From the NCBI GenBank assembly GCA_964451675.1, contig CAYVIL010000003.1, forward strand, positions 7,585-57,890: a stretch of 50,306 bases of DNA, read 5' to 3'. A model generated the notes under the pieces. It was not told the origin of the DNA. It searched no databases and was given only the letters and a program-made list of their open reading frames with translations. Source of the stretch: an uncultured Candidatus Saccharibacteria bacterium. Lineage in GTDB: Bacteria; Patescibacteriota; WWE3; JAUXAW01; CAYREW01. The position numbers and the translations under genes were made by a program. Positions 8,532-18,361 of the stretch are shown here, piece after piece (position 1 is the stretch's first letter; each line of letters starts with the position of its first letter).

Positions 8532-10706
8532 CTAATTCCCCTGCTCCTCCCGGGGATCTTTCCAGCTAGCCCAATCACAGTCGGGGTAACGGGAACAACC
8601 AAAAAAAGTCTTGCCTTTGCGGGTCCTTCTCTCAACAACCTCGCCCCTCCCACACTCCGGGCATTTCATCCCAATCTTATCCAAATAATTACGAGTAAAT
8701 TTGCAGTCCGGATAATTTACACAAGCAACGAACTTGCCAAAACGTCCCTCTTTAAGAATCAACTCTCCCCCACAGTTAGGACATTTTCCTTCCAGCTGAC
8801 GGCGGTCGTAATCATCCGGTTCACCGTCATTATCCCTGTCTTCGTACGGTCTAGCATACTCACAGTCAGGAAATTTAGAACAGGACAAAAATTTGCCGTA
8901 CTTACCCAATTTAACGACTAAATTACTACCACATTCCGGACATTTTTCATCTGTACTTTCCAAAACTGTGTAATCTTCTTTCTTTATTTCTTCTTTCTTA
9001 CTTTTAAGTTTTTTCACAAAAGGTTTGTAAAAATCGTCAATAAGCTCTACCCAATCCATATTACCATCTGCCACTTTATCTAAATCCTCCTCCATTTCCG
9101 CTGTAAAGTCTAAATCAACTATTTGCGGAAAATGGTCGACCAGTAAATCTATTACTACAAAACCGGTATCTTCCGGTATCAAATAATTGCCTTCCTTGAC
9201 AACATAACCGCGGTTTTGCACAGTATCAATAATTGGAGCGTAAGTAGAAGGCCGCCCAATACCGAATTTTTCTAAATCGCGAATTAAGCTTGCTTCTGTG
9301 TACCTGGGAGGAGGTGGGGTTTCAGTTTTTTCCGAAAACACATCATCACCTAACAACTCATCCCCTACTGAAAGATCGGGAAGCAGTTTGTCTTCCCGGG
9401 AGGTTCCCACAACTCTAGTATAACCATCAAAAACAAGAACAGATCCTTTGGCTTCTAAAGTGTAATCCCGGGCACGGATAGTTAGTGTAGTAGATTCAAA
9501 AATGGCGTCAGACATTTGAGAAGCAACAGTACGAGACCAAATTAATTTGTACAGCTTTTTGGCATCTGCACGCATTTTTTCTGGTGCTTCACGGAGATCT
9601 GTATTGGTAGGACGAATTGCTTCATGCGCCTCTTGTGCTGTCTTTGATTTTGTTTTGTAATACCGCGGCTGGGATGGTAAATATTTATCACCAAATTGAG
9701 TCTGAACCAGATCACGAATTGAGTTAATTGCTTTCTTTGTAACATAGGTGGAATCTGTACGGTGGTATGTGATTAAACCTTGTTCGTACAAAGATTGTGC
9801 AGCACGCATTGTTCTACGGCCCGAATAACCTAACGCACTAGACGCAGCCCGTTGTAGCGAAGCAGTAATAAAAGGAGGACGCGGCGAACGTTTGGTTTCC
9901 TTCTGTTCTACATCCTGAATCTTAAATCTCTCCTCTTTCAAATCTTTGACAATTTTGTCTGCCTCAGCTGAGGAATCAATGGTTGATGCTTGAGAACTAT
10001 AAGTACCAGCAAATAGCTCCATTTCCCTAGTAAAATAAACATCATCCTCTCCAATTTTGACCAAATCCGCTTCTAAGCGTTCATCATCTGATTTAGGTTT
10101 AAGTAAGGCCTTTATCTTCCAGTAATCTATAGATTTAAAAGTTTCCCTCTCCCTTTCCCGTTCAACCAAAAGCCGGACAGCAACGGATTGAACCCTACCA
10201 GCACTTAATCCATACCTTATTTTTTTCCATAAAAGTGGGGATAGTTTATAACCAACCAAACGATCCAGCACGCGGCGAGCTTTTTGGGCATTAACGAGAT
10301 TTTGGTCAATTTCTCCCGATTGTTCAAATGCCTGCTTTACCGCAGATTGTGTTATTTCGTGGAAGCGTACTCTTTGAAAATCAAGTTTGTCACCAGTCCC
10401 ACTTAAGATTTCGTAGGTGTGCTGCGCAATAGCCTCTCCTTCCCGATCAGGGTCAGTAGCTAAATAAATGGATTCCACCTTAGAAGCAGTGGCTTTAAGC
10501 TCAGTAACGGTTTTCTTCTGGCGAGGTACTACTGTGTAGTTTGGTTCGTAGTTACTTTCTACATCCACGCCCAAATCTTTTTTGGGCAGGTCTTTTAAAT
10601 GACCTTTAGTAGCAACAACTTGGTAATCATTCCCCAAGTATCCTGAAAGGGTTTTTGTCTTGGTAGGGCTTTCAACAATAACTAAATTGCTTGGCTTTTT
10701 CGACAT
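8532..10706 (-). CDS. topA: DNA topoisomerase I
   Basis: Toprim LVIVESPTK and DPDREGE, active-site ITYHRTDST, and three C-terminal C4 zinc ribbons (CPECGS...CSKFPDC, CPNCGG...CVNYPDC, CPECGR...CSRYPDC). Confidence 0.95.
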   Translation of the reverse strand: MSKKPSNLVIVESPTKTKTLSGYLGNDYQVVATKGHLKDLPKKDLGVDVESNYEPNYTVVPRQKKTVTELKATASKVESIYLATDPDREGEAIAQHTYEILSGTGDKLDFQRVRFHEITQSAVKQAFEQSGEIDQNLVNAQKARRVLDRLVGYKLSPLLWKKIRYGLSAGRVQSVAVRLLVERERERETFKSIDYWKIKALLKPKSDDERLEADLVKIGEDDVYFTREMELFAGTYSSQASTIDSSAEADKIVKDLKEERFKIQDVEQKETKRSPRPPFITASLQRAASSALGYSGRRTMRAAQSLYEQGLITYHRTDSTYVTKKAINSIRDLVQTQFGDKYLPSQPRYYKTKSKTAQEAHEAIRPTNTDLREAPEKMRADAKKLYKLIWSRTVASQMSDAIFESTTLTIRARDYTLEAKGSVLVFDGYTRVVGTSREDKLLPDLSVGDELLGDDVFSEKTETPPPPRYTEASLIRDLEKFGIGRPSTYAPIIDTVQNRGYVVKEGNYLIPEDTGFVVIDLLVDHFPQIVDLDFTAEMEEDLDKVADGNMDWVELIDDFYKPFVKKLKSKKEEIKKEDYTVLESTDEKCPECGSNLVVKLGKYGKFLSCSKFPDCEYARPYEDRDNDGEPDDYDRRQLEGKCPNCGGELILKEGRFGKFVACVNYPDCKFTRNYLDKIGMKCPECGRGEVVERRTRKGKTFFGCSRYPDCDWASWKDPREEQGN

Positions 10707-10794
10707 GGGTATTTCAAACTGAAACTCTATCAGGGTATAAGTAGCAATTCAAGGGTGACTTTTAAGCTGACTGAGTAAAAAATTATTAAAATAA

Positions 10795-11913
10795 TCAATC
10801 AACAATTGCGTATTTCCGACCCTGAATTAGCTTTATCCTCCCCTTCATTTCCAACTCTGTTAAAGTTGCTAGCAAAACAGGAACTCGCTTATTTGTCTTT
10901 CTAGCTAAAGCATCCAGATTCAAAGACTCTTTACGTAAAACATCAATAACAACAGATTCGTCTTTACTTCTTGGCAGCAGTTTTTTGCTCTCTAACTGGA
11001 ATTTATTTTCCTCCAGGGAAATTTCAGCAATTATGTCTTCCATGGAATGGACTAGTTTCGCCCCACTCTTGATCAAGGTGTGCGTGCCTACACTTTGTTC
11101 ACTAAATATGGACCCGGGTACAGCAAAAACATCCCTTCCTTGCTCTAAACATGACTTTGCTGTATGCATAGTACCTGAGGTTTGACCCGCCTCGACTACT
11201 AAGGTACCTAAAGATAATCCGCTTATTATTCTATTCCTAACTGGAAAAGACTGCTTACGCGGTTTTGTCCCTAATGGGCACTCGGATATTACAGCACCTT
11301 TGCCACTACTTAGGATCGACCTAGCAATTGCTACGTTAGAATAAGGGGTAATTACGTCTACTCCAGAAGCTAAAACAGCAATTGTGCGTCCCCCAACCCT
11401 TAAAGCAGTCTTATGTGCAACAGCATCCGTACCTAAGGCCAAACCGGACACAATTGTCAAGCCGCGTTCTACTGCCCCGGCAACTAAAACTTCTGTACTT
11501 GATTTACCATAGGAAGTCATTTTTCTACTACCGACAACAGCCAAAGCGAATTGATCATTATAGGTTAAGTCCCCCCGAACATAGAGACAATATGGAGGAT
11601 CATAGATCTCTTTTAAAGCAGGTAAGTACATTTCCGAATCAGGAGTTAGAACATAAGCATTGATGGTATCTAACTTTTTTAAAATTTTAGGCAGAGAAAT
11701 AGTAGAACGTGCATCTAACACAGCATTTGCTAAACCCTCAGATAAACCCCCTTTCAATAAAGCAGATTTACTAGCTTTCCAGGCCTCTTCCGCTGTAGAA
11801 AAATTACGTAAAAGCCGAGAGAAGTTCACTGGTCCGAGATTTAAGACGTAACTGAAAGCGATATGGTAGCGATTCTTATAATTAAGCTGTTTCTTTTCTT
11901 GGGGCAAGGGCAT
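10795..11913 (-). CDS. dprA: DNA processing protein DprA (Smf)
   Basis: Rossmann-like core IVSGLALGTDAVAHKTAL...AVLASG...SGTMHTA, plus a C-terminal winged-helix-like tail. Adjacent to topA, as in many bacteria. Confidence 0.9.
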   Translation of the reverse strand: MPLPQEKKQLNYKNRYHIAFSYVLNLGPVNFSRLLRNFSTAEEAWKASKSALLKGGLSEGLANAVLDARSTISLPKILKKLDTINAYVLTPDSEMYLPALKEIYDPPYCLYVRGDLTYNDQFALAVVGSRKMTSYGKSSTEVLVAGAVERGLTIVSGLALGTDAVAHKTALRVGGRTIAVLASGVDVITPYSNVAIARSILSSGKGAVISECPLGTKPRKQSFPVRNRIISGLSLGTLVVEAGQTSGTMHTAKSCLEQGRDVFAVPGSIFSEQSVGTHTLIKSGAKLVHSMEDIIAEISLEENKFQLESKKLLPRSKDESVVIDVLRKESLNLDALARKTNKRVPVLLATLTELEMKGRIKLIQGRKYAIVD

Positions 11914-12009
11914 ATAAAACAGACTCTACCATACGAAAAATAGAAAGACGAGATCAACAAGACAACTAAACGCGCAGAAAAGAAGAATGATACTGTTAAT
12001 AATAACTAG

Positions 12010-13896
12010 CTACTTAAAATAATAATCCAATATTTGTTTAGCAACCGGAGCTGCATCATGCGATCCTTCCCCACCGTTTTCCAAGAAAACAGTTACTGAT
12101 ACCTCCGGTTCCTCATAAGGAGCAAAACAAGTAAACCAAGCGTGGGTTTTATCTTGATCACCAGTTTCTGAAGTTCCCGTCTTACCAGCACTAGTATACG
12201 CAGATACACGCAGTGGATACGCAGTACCTTCTGTGACAGCTTTTCTCATTCCCTCACGCACCAGTCTAAAAGTTTCCTCTGAAGCTAAACCTTTTCTTAA
12301 AACCACAGTTGAGTCTTTTGCAAGACGAGGCTCAAATAATGTACCGCCATTGACAACAGCTGTTGTCACCGCATTTATCTGCAGGGGGGTTGCTAATAAA
12401 TCACCTTGACCAATACTTATATGATAAGTATTTCCTATATACCATTTCTCTTCTTTGGTAGCCAACTTCCATTCAGAATCAGGTACCAAACCTCCCTTCT
12501 CGCTAGGCAAATCAGAATTTAAAGAAGCTCCTAAACCAAACTTTCGTGCCCATTCTGCTATCTTAGAAACACCCAACCCGGGCTGCCCTTGATAGCCGCC
12601 TCCTATAGTGTAAAAGTAAACGTCACAAGAATTTGAAAGAGCATCAACTATAGTCTGAGGTCCGTGCCCACCTGGTTTCCAACAACGGTACAAAAATGAA
12701 CCGACCGCAATCGCACCATTATCAATGATCACTGTTTCAGGCGTAACTATATTTTCAGAAAGAGCAGCGGTAGCCATAACTAATTTAAAGGTCGAACCAG
12801 GGGGATACTCTCCTTGGATTACGCGGTTAAAGAGCGGTTTCATGGGATTGTTTAACAGATCCTGATAATCTTGCTTAGTAAGTAAACCCTGACTGAAAAG
12901 ATTATTATTGTATGTTGGTAATGAGACCAAAGATAAAATCTGTCCCGTTTTTACATCTTGAACCACAACTCCCCCTGCTCCAGCTGATGTATCTTTTAAT
13001 GCCTTTTGCAAAGCATTGTACGTAACTATTTGTAAACTGTGATTTACAGATAGATGCAGATCCAAGCCCGAGCGCGCTTCGCGAACAGAAATCTGGCGCA
13101 GCCTTTCACCTGAGGAGTTGAGTTCCCAAATTTGTTCCCCCGGAGCACCACGGAGCTTATCTTCATAAAATTTCTCCAATCCCACTTTACCAATACGACT
13201 ACCTCCTGAATACCCTCTCTTACTCAGCCGCGAAAGCTCGCTATCGCTTATCTCCGAAACGTAACCTAAAATAGGGGCATAAACTTCTGGATAAGTATAT
13301 TCACGAAGAGGAGAAATTTCTATGTTTACGCCTGGAAAAGAAGCCTTAATAGTCTCTATTTTTAAAGAAGTTTCCTGGTCTAGGCCCTCAACAAGTACAG
13401 CAACGGGGTAACCGTTACTTTTTGCAAAATCAATACTAGCCTGAAAAGAATCTTCCGTAAGCTGCAACAAAGAAAGAATAGGGGTATAGTCAACAGAATT
13501 GGATATCTGAGACAGCTCGACAACAACTCTAAACCCCGGCTTATCATAAGCTAAAAGCTCCCCATCCGCACTGTAAATACGTCCTCGTGGGGGCCGTGCT
13601 GTAATGTGGCGGTAACGGTTCGAATCTGCTAAAAACTGGCTCGACTCCCCTTTTATAATCTGCAGCTCAAATAATCTTGTATGTAGAGCACCAAATAAGA
13701 AAACTAGCAGTAGAAAAAGGAAAACAAAGTTCGACCTTGGCGAGTTCAACCTTACTAAACCGGGGGTTTGCTTTTCTTTTGGCAAGAAACCTTCTTGCCA
13801 CTGCGAGGCTCGAGCTATATCTTCCGGAGAGAAGCGTCTCCTTCCCGCCTTTTTAAAACTAGATAGGGAATCTAAAAAACCTAAACCAAAACGCAT
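12010..13896 (-). CDS. mrdA: Penicillin-binding protein 2 (elongasome transpeptidase)
   Basis: N-terminal TM anchor and transpeptidase motifs STFK, SNS and KTGT. Directly downstream of mreBCD. Confidence 0.9.
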   Translation of the reverse strand: MRFGLGFLDSLSSFKKAGRRRFSPEDIARASQWQEGFLPKEKQTPGLVRLNSPRSNFVFLFLLLVFLFGALHTRLFELQIIKGESSQFLADSNRYRHITARPPRGRIYSADGELLAYDKPGFRVVVELSQISNSVDYTPILSLLQLTEDSFQASIDFAKSNGYPVAVLVEGLDQETSLKIETIKASFPGVNIEISPLREYTYPEVYAPILGYVSEISDSELSRLSKRGYSGGSRIGKVGLEKFYEDKLRGAPGEQIWELNSSGERLRQISVREARSGLDLHLSVNHSLQIVTYNALQKALKDTSAGAGGVVVQDVKTGQILSLVSLPTYNNNLFSQGLLTKQDYQDLLNNPMKPLFNRVIQGEYPPGSTFKLVMATAALSENIVTPETVIIDNGAIAVGSFLYRCWKPGGHGPQTIVDALSNSCDVYFYTIGGGYQGQPGLGVSKIAEWARKFGLGASLNSDLPSEKGGLVPDSEWKLATKEEKWYIGNTYHISIGQGDLLATPLQINAVTTAVVNGGTLFEPRLAKDSTVVLRKGLASEETFRLVREGMRKAVTEGTAYPLRVSAYTSAGKTGTSETGDQDKTHAWFTCFAPYEEPEVSVTVFLENGGEGSHDAAPVAKQILDYYFK

Positions 13897-13897
13897 A

Positions 13898-14380
13898 TTA
13901 TAATTTTAAAGATAGTTGCAAATCTGAATCTTTTTCAAGAAAATTATACAAATTAGACAAGACTAGATAAAAAACCCAAACAAGGAAAAAATTAATCGCA
14001 ATACCACGCACAAAAAAGACTCGATTAAGATCAAAAGGCAGTACTGGGAAAAAAAGATACACCCGATAAATTAGAATACACAACATAGAAAAACTTATTT
14101 TATGCCAAAAAGTTACGGTAGAATATCGATCAATAATCTGAAAAATTAGATTAAACATTAAAAAAAGAACTGCTGAAAGCCCAAAGAAATGGACGCGCGT
14201 AATCAAATCCAACAAAAAACCGTCTAAAAAAGCAACTAATGCTCCCCATCTGTCTGAACCAAGCATAACAGTTGCTAAAACAAATGAGAGCGCTACACCA
14301 GCACCAAAACCCCCGCTTTCCAGCAAAAAAACAACTAAACCTGCAATTATAAAAAAAATATCTGCCCAAGCTTTTTTCAT
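13898..14380 (-). CDS. mreD: Rod shape-determining protein MreD-like (polytopic membrane protein)
   Basis: About 160 aa with roughly five hydrophobic helices, positioned between mreC and mrdA. Started at the ATG at 14380, just after the mreC stop. The call rests mainly on context. Confidence 0.6.
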   Translation of the reverse strand: MKKAWADIFFIIAGLVVFLLESGGFGAGVALSFVLATVMLGSDRWGALVAFLDGFLLDLITRVHFFGLSAVLFLMFNLIFQIIDRYSTVTFWHKISFSMLCILIYRVYLFFPVLPFDLNRVFFVRGIAINFFLVWVFYLVLSNLYNFLEKDSDLQLSLKL

Positions 14381-14381
14381 T

Positions 14382-15155
14382 TTAAGAAACAATAAAAATA
14401 TGCGTAAAATTAGAAAAGTCAATAAATGACTCTACATAAGCTTCCTTTAACAAACCAGCTTCCGAAAATTTAACTTCCCCTACCTTTCCAACCAACAATC
14501 CGTAGGGGAAAACACCATCATAACCAGAAGTTAATAAATAATCACCTTGATTAACTTCTGCTGTGGGAAGAACTTTAGTCAAAACCATACCGCTTCCTAC
14601 CTGCCCCTGCACAATGCCCTGTACCCTAGCAATAGAATCTTGATCAAAAACAGCAACAGCGGAGTTCGGATGGGTTATCAACCTAACTAAACACGTTTCT
14701 TTCTGGACATCCACCACCAAACCCAAAAGCTGATTTCCCAAAACAGCAATATCACCACTACTAATACCATCTAAACTTCCACAATCTAACAACAACTCTG
14801 ACCCCACACTGTTGGTTCCAACCACATTAGCCTGACACTTTGTCTCCAAATCTCTTTCGCTTAGATCTAACTGCTGCTTTAATAAACTATTCTCATAGGA
14901 CTCCTCTTTTAAACTAGCTACCTGCCCGGTAATATGCAACAATTGCTTCTCCAAAATATCTTTTTCGTTTTGCAGATTACCAATATTGATTATAAAGTCT
15001 ATATAATTGCTCAACCCCCTTCTAACAGAGTAAGTACCATATTGAATCGGAGCAAGAGTAGCCAGACAAAAGCTACGGACTGAACTAAAAAAAGGAAGCT
15101 GAGCTATAAGAACCAAAAAAAGACTTATTAAAAAAAGACGAGTTGTGTAGTTCAT
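14382..15155 (-). CDS. mreC: Rod shape-determining protein MreC
   Basis: N-terminal TM, a coiled-coil segment (LQNEKDILEKQLLHITGQVASLKEE), then a beta-rich domain with GDIAV...GLVGKV-type motifs. Confidence 0.85.
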   Translation of the reverse strand: MNYTTRLFLISLFLVLIAQLPFFSSVRSFCLATLAPIQYGTYSVRRGLSNYIDFIINIGNLQNEKDILEKQLLHITGQVASLKEESYENSLLKQQLDLSERDLETKCQANVVGTNSVGSELLLDCGSLDGISSGDIAVLGNQLLGLVVDVQKETCLVRLITHPNSAVAVFDQDSIARVQGIVQGQVGSGMVLTKVLPTAEVNQGDYLLTSGYDGVFPYGLLVGKVGEVKFSEAGLLKEAYVESFIDFSNFTHIFIVS

Positions 15156-15156
15156 T

Positions 15157-16191
15157 TTACTGAATTTTTACTTTTTCCAAAAGGGCAATATTCTCCAATA
15201 CTGCGCCGCAGCCTTGGACAACGCATGTTTGTGGATCAGAGACTAAATTGACCTCCATACCAGTTTCCTCAGCAACTAATTGATCTATTCCTCTGAGCAA
15301 AGAACCACCGCCCACCATAGTTATTCCCTGGCGAGATATATCAGAAACAAGTTCCGGAGGTGTTTGTTCAATTAAGTCTTTTATATTTCGAATAATCTCT
15401 TTAAGTGTCGGATAAAGTGCTTCTGCTAACTCAGAAGATGTAATTTCAACTTCCTGTGGTAATCCGGTTTTTAAATCTCGTCCACGCATAACAGTTGTAG
15501 AATCATCCAAATTAGGTAAAGCCGCCCCTGCTGCAATCTTGACTTCCTCCGCTGTCCTCTCACCTAACAGGAGGCTATATTTCTCACGTGCACAATCAAT
15601 TATTGCTCTATCCATCTCATCCCCCGCAATTCGCATTGAGCGATTAACAACAATACCCCCCAACGATATAACCGCCAGTTCTGTTGTACCGCCACCTATA
15701 TCGATAATCATCGAACCAGTCGCCTTCTCTATAGGCAATCCCGAACCGATAGCTGCTGCCATAGACTCTTCCAGCAAATAAGCTTCGCGCGCTCCAGACC
15801 TTCGGGCAGCATCGATAACAGCTCTCCGCTCAACCTCTGTAACTCCAGAAGGAACACCAACTACAACCCTAGGGCGCGGTATAGAAAAAGAAAAGTTGGG
15901 AGTACGGTGCACCTGTTGAATAAAATACCGAAGCATAGCTTCAGTAAGTTCAAAGTCCGAAATTACTCCAGAACGAAGAGGGCGCACAGCACTAATAGCT
16001 GCCGGGGTGCGTCCAATCATTCTTTTAGCCTCACTACCAATAGCTAGAACTGCTTTTGTCTTAGTATGAACAGTAACCACAGACGGCTCCCGAATGACTG
16101 TGCCCTTGCCTTTAACCCAAACTAAAGTATTTGCTGTGCCTAAATCAATACCAATATCATGAGAAAATAAACCTAAGAATCGATTAAGCAT
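15157..16191 (-). CDS. mreB: Rod shape-determining protein MreB (paralog 1)
   Basis: IGIDLGTANTLVWV, DIGGGTTELAV and GGGSLLRG actin-fold motifs. I use the ATG at 16191 (MLNRFLGLFSHD) rather than the TTG at 16212. Confidence 0.95.
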   Translation of the reverse strand: MLNRFLGLFSHDIGIDLGTANTLVWVKGKGTVIREPSVVTVHTKTKAVLAIGSEAKRMIGRTPAAISAVRPLRSGVISDFELTEAMLRYFIQQVHRTPNFSFSIPRPRVVVGVPSGVTEVERRAVIDAARRSGAREAYLLEESMAAAIGSGLPIEKATGSMIIDIGGGTTELAVISLGGIVVNRSMRIAGDEMDRAIIDCAREKYSLLLGERTAEEVKIAAGAALPNLDDSTTVMRGRDLKTGLPQEVEITSSELAEALYPTLKEIIRNIKDLIEQTPPELVSDISRQGITMVGGGSLLRGIDQLVAEETGMEVNLVSDPQTCVVQGCGAVLENIALLEKVKIQ

Positions 16192-16201
16192 TAAATCAGT
16201 A

Positions 16202-16396
16202 TCATTCTTCAACCATTTCGATTTTTTTTGATTTTAAGCACTGCGTGCAAATTTTCATACGTTTAGTTTTACCATCTACAAGCACTCTTACATTGCGCAG
16301 ATTTGGGTAAAACTTTCTCTTAGTTCTCTTTTGAGAGTGAGATACATGATAACCTGTTTGTGGACCTTTCCCACAAATATCACAGCGTCTTGCCAT
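16202..16396 (-). CDS. rpmB: 50S ribosomal protein L28
   Basis: [33 protein letters not shown], preceded by GGAGGTG. Confidence 0.9.
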   Translation of the reverse strand: MARRCDICGKGPQTGYHVSHSQKRTKRKFYPNLRNVRVLVDGKTKRMKICTQCLKSKKIEMVEE

Positions 16397-16518
16397 AGAA
16401 ATTCACCTCCGTAACTACATAAATAAGCAAAATAATTTATAAACAAGTAATTATATTTGATTAAGTTTGCAACAGCAAACTTGCTAAAGTTAGCTTTCAC
16501 TAACAAGTTTCTTTACTT

Positions 16519-16527
16519 TGCTATAAT
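16519..16527 (+). promoter_or_regulatory. Extended -10 promoter element (TGcTATAAT) upstream of the M50 protease gene
   Basis: TG at 16519-16520 and TATAAT at 16522-16527, 27 nt upstream of the ATG at 16554. Sequence-only prediction. Confidence 0.4.
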
Positions 16528-16553
16528 AACAGTAATTTGCAAATTGTTCAAAA

Positions 16554-17180
16554 ATGATAGTAGAAATTTTAACTGGGCAAATCAGATTTCTTGACTTACT
16601 AATCTGGTTTGCTTCGCTAATAATTACCATAACTATACATGAGTTTGCCCATGCCTGGGCAGCGGTTCAACTTGGCGATCCTACCCCTAAAAATCACAAA
16701 CGTCTTACGCTTAATCCCCTTCAACACCTGGATATATTAGGAACCATCATGCTTTTATTGTTCAGTTTTGGCTGGGGTAAACCCACACCAATAAACTCTA
16801 AAAATTTTAAAAACCCGCTGCAGGATTCTGCCCTAGCAGCACTGGCTGGACCTGGTATAAACATAATATTTGCTGTATTACTAGGAATAGTATATAGAAT
16901 TAGCAATTCCTATGTACTGCTACTCCCAACTGCTTTAAACATTAACATAGCAATATTTAACTTATTGCCTATCTATCCTCTTGATGGTGAAAAAATTATC
17001 AGCTGGATTTTGGAGTACCCGCTAAATTACCAAATAAAGCAGTTCCAAAAGGAATACGGAATGTACATACTTCTTTTCTTGATGGTACCTATTAGCGGTG
17101 CCCCTCTAATTTTAAGAATATTAACTCCGCTGGTGCAAACATTGTTCTTTGTTATTACAGGAAGAAGAGCAGTTTTCTAG
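16554..17180 (+). CDS. Site-2 protease family (peptidase M50) membrane protein
   Basis: HEFAHAWAA zinc motif and NLLPIYPLDGEK motif. Polytopic, with no PDZ domain. Confidence 0.85.
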   Translation: MIVEILTGQIRFLDLLIWFASLIITITIHEFAHAWAAVQLGDPTPKNHKRLTLNPLQHLDILGTIMLLLFSFGWGKPTPINSKNFKNPLQDSALAALAGPGINIIFAVLLGIVYRISNSYVLLLPTALNINIAIFNLLPIYPLDGEKIISWILEYPLNYQIKQFQKEYGMYILLFLMVPISGAPLILRILTPLVQTLFFVITGRRAVF

Positions 17181-17233
17181 CATTACTTGAAACAGTAATA
17201 CTTATATAAGTAAACAGGCAGAAGAGAGAAAAT

Positions 17234-17307
17234 TGGCACGGCCGGCAGGACTCGAACCTGCAGTCCTGGTTTTGGAGACCAGTGGTTTTCCATTAACCGA
17301 CGGCCGT
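17234..17307 (-). tRNA. tRNA-Trp (anticodon CCA), CCA end encoded
   Basis: Minus strand ACGGCCG..CTGGT-CTCCAAA-ACCAG..GCAGG-TTCGAGT-CCTGC-CGGCCGT-G-CCA. Full cloverleaf folded by hand. Confidence 0.9.
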
Positions 17308-17313
17308 AAAAAT

Positions 17314-17511
17314 TTACTTTCCTTTCTTCCTCTTCTTTACCTCTTTATGCTCTGTGTGCTTCCCACAGCTAGAACAGTATTTACTTAGATAAAGCCGTTC
17401 TTCTGTGTTCTGACGGTTCTTCTCAGTCGTATAGTTATAATTATCACAAACAGTACAAGCCAACTGTATATAAGTCCTTGGTGTTTTTTTTCTCTGTACA
17501 GTTATCGCCAT
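17314..17511 (-). CDS. rpmG: 50S ribosomal protein L33
   Basis: Zinc-ribbon pattern CTVCDNYNY...[14 protein letters not shown]. 65 aa. Confidence 0.9.
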   Translation of the reverse strand: MAITVQRKKTPRTYIQLACTVCDNYNYTTEKNRQNTEERLYLSKYCSSCGKHTEHKEVKKRKKGK

Positions 17512-17654
17512 ATCAATAACTTTCTATTTACTTGAAAGATAGCACATTCTAACACATTACCAAAATTTAATCCTATCGTTACTAAGCAACAAGGTAACAA
17601 AAACTAAAATAAAAAGTCCCACATAAACACAAAAAAACAAAGGATTTCTGTGCT

Positions 17655-17729
17655 TGGAGCCGGGACCGGGACTTGAACCCGGGACCCCATCCTTACCATG
17701 GATGTGCTCTACCACTGAGCTACCCCGGC
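17655..17729 (-). tRNA. tRNA-Thr (anticodon GGT)
   Basis: GCCGGGG-TA-GCTCAGTGGTAGAGC-A-CATCC-ATGGTAA-GGATG-..-CCGGG-TTCAAGT-CCCGG-TCCCGGC-T-CCA. Confidence 0.9.
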
Positions 17730-17869
17730 CTGAATTGCCTCACCCTACTTAGTCCCCCTTAGGCTGTATGGCGACACACCTTTAAAAAAGTATGCTAACC
17801 TCGCTGGCTATCTGTCCTCAGCTTTGGTAGCATCGGAAGCTATTTTTACTCTAATAACCTAAAAGGCGG

Positions 17870-17955
17870 TGGTGCTGGGGGTAGGATTCGAACCTACGAA
17901 GGCTTACACCAACAGTTTTACAGACTGCTCCGTTTGGCCACTTCGGTACCCCAGC
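17870..17955 (-). tRNA. tRNA-Tyr (anticodon GTA), long variable arm
   Basis: GCTGGGG..anticodon loop CTGTAAA..long extra arm..TAGGTTCGAATCCTA-CCCCAGC-A-CCA. 86 nt. Confidence 0.9.
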
Positions 17956-17964
17956 TTTTAAATA

Positions 17965-18039
17965 TGGAGCCAGGGCGGGGAATCGAACCCCGAACCTATG
18001 GTTTACAAAACCATTGCTCTACCGTTGAGCTACCCTGGC
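17965..18039 (-). tRNA. tRNA-Thr (anticodon TGT)
   Basis: GCCAGGG-TA-GCTCAACGGTAGAGC-A-ATGGT-TTTGTAA-ACCAT-..-CGGGG-TTCGATT-CCCCG-CCCTGGC-T-CCA. Confidence 0.9.
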
Positions 18040-18055
18040 TGTACTTGTAAGTAAT

Positions 18056-18084
18056 ATTCTAGACAAGAGCGCTTAATTTTACAA
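18056..18084 (-). promoter_or_regulatory. Putative sigma70-type promoter of the tRNA-Thr/Tyr/Thr cluster
   Basis: Minus strand TTGTAA (18084-18079), a 17-nt spacer, then TAGAAT (18061-18056). It ends 16 nt upstream of the first tRNA. Confidence 0.45.
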
Positions 18085-18337
18085 TATTCCCAAATTAAAA
18101 AAATTCAGTAAATTGCAGTTAACAAAATTTACTGCCCCGCTACAACTAAAAATAGTAAAACAATTTAAAACATATTACCAACCAGCAACTGATAAAAACC
18201 AATAACTAATCCATTAGCCCCTTTTGCTTCCACCCTAAAATCAACTGCTTTATTTTCTTTGCAGATGCACCGCTTATCCTCCAAAAACCAAGAGCGCACC
18301 GTTACAAAGTTAAGCTAACTGTATACTGCAAACTACT

Positions 18338-18361
18338 AAAAAACCTACGCTTACGCGTAGG
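18338..18361 (-). terminator. Intrinsic terminator on the minus strand
   Basis: Minus strand CCUACGC-GUAA-GCGUAGG followed by UUUUUU. On the plus strand the run precedes the hairpin as A6, so it is minus-specific. Confidence 0.7.
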
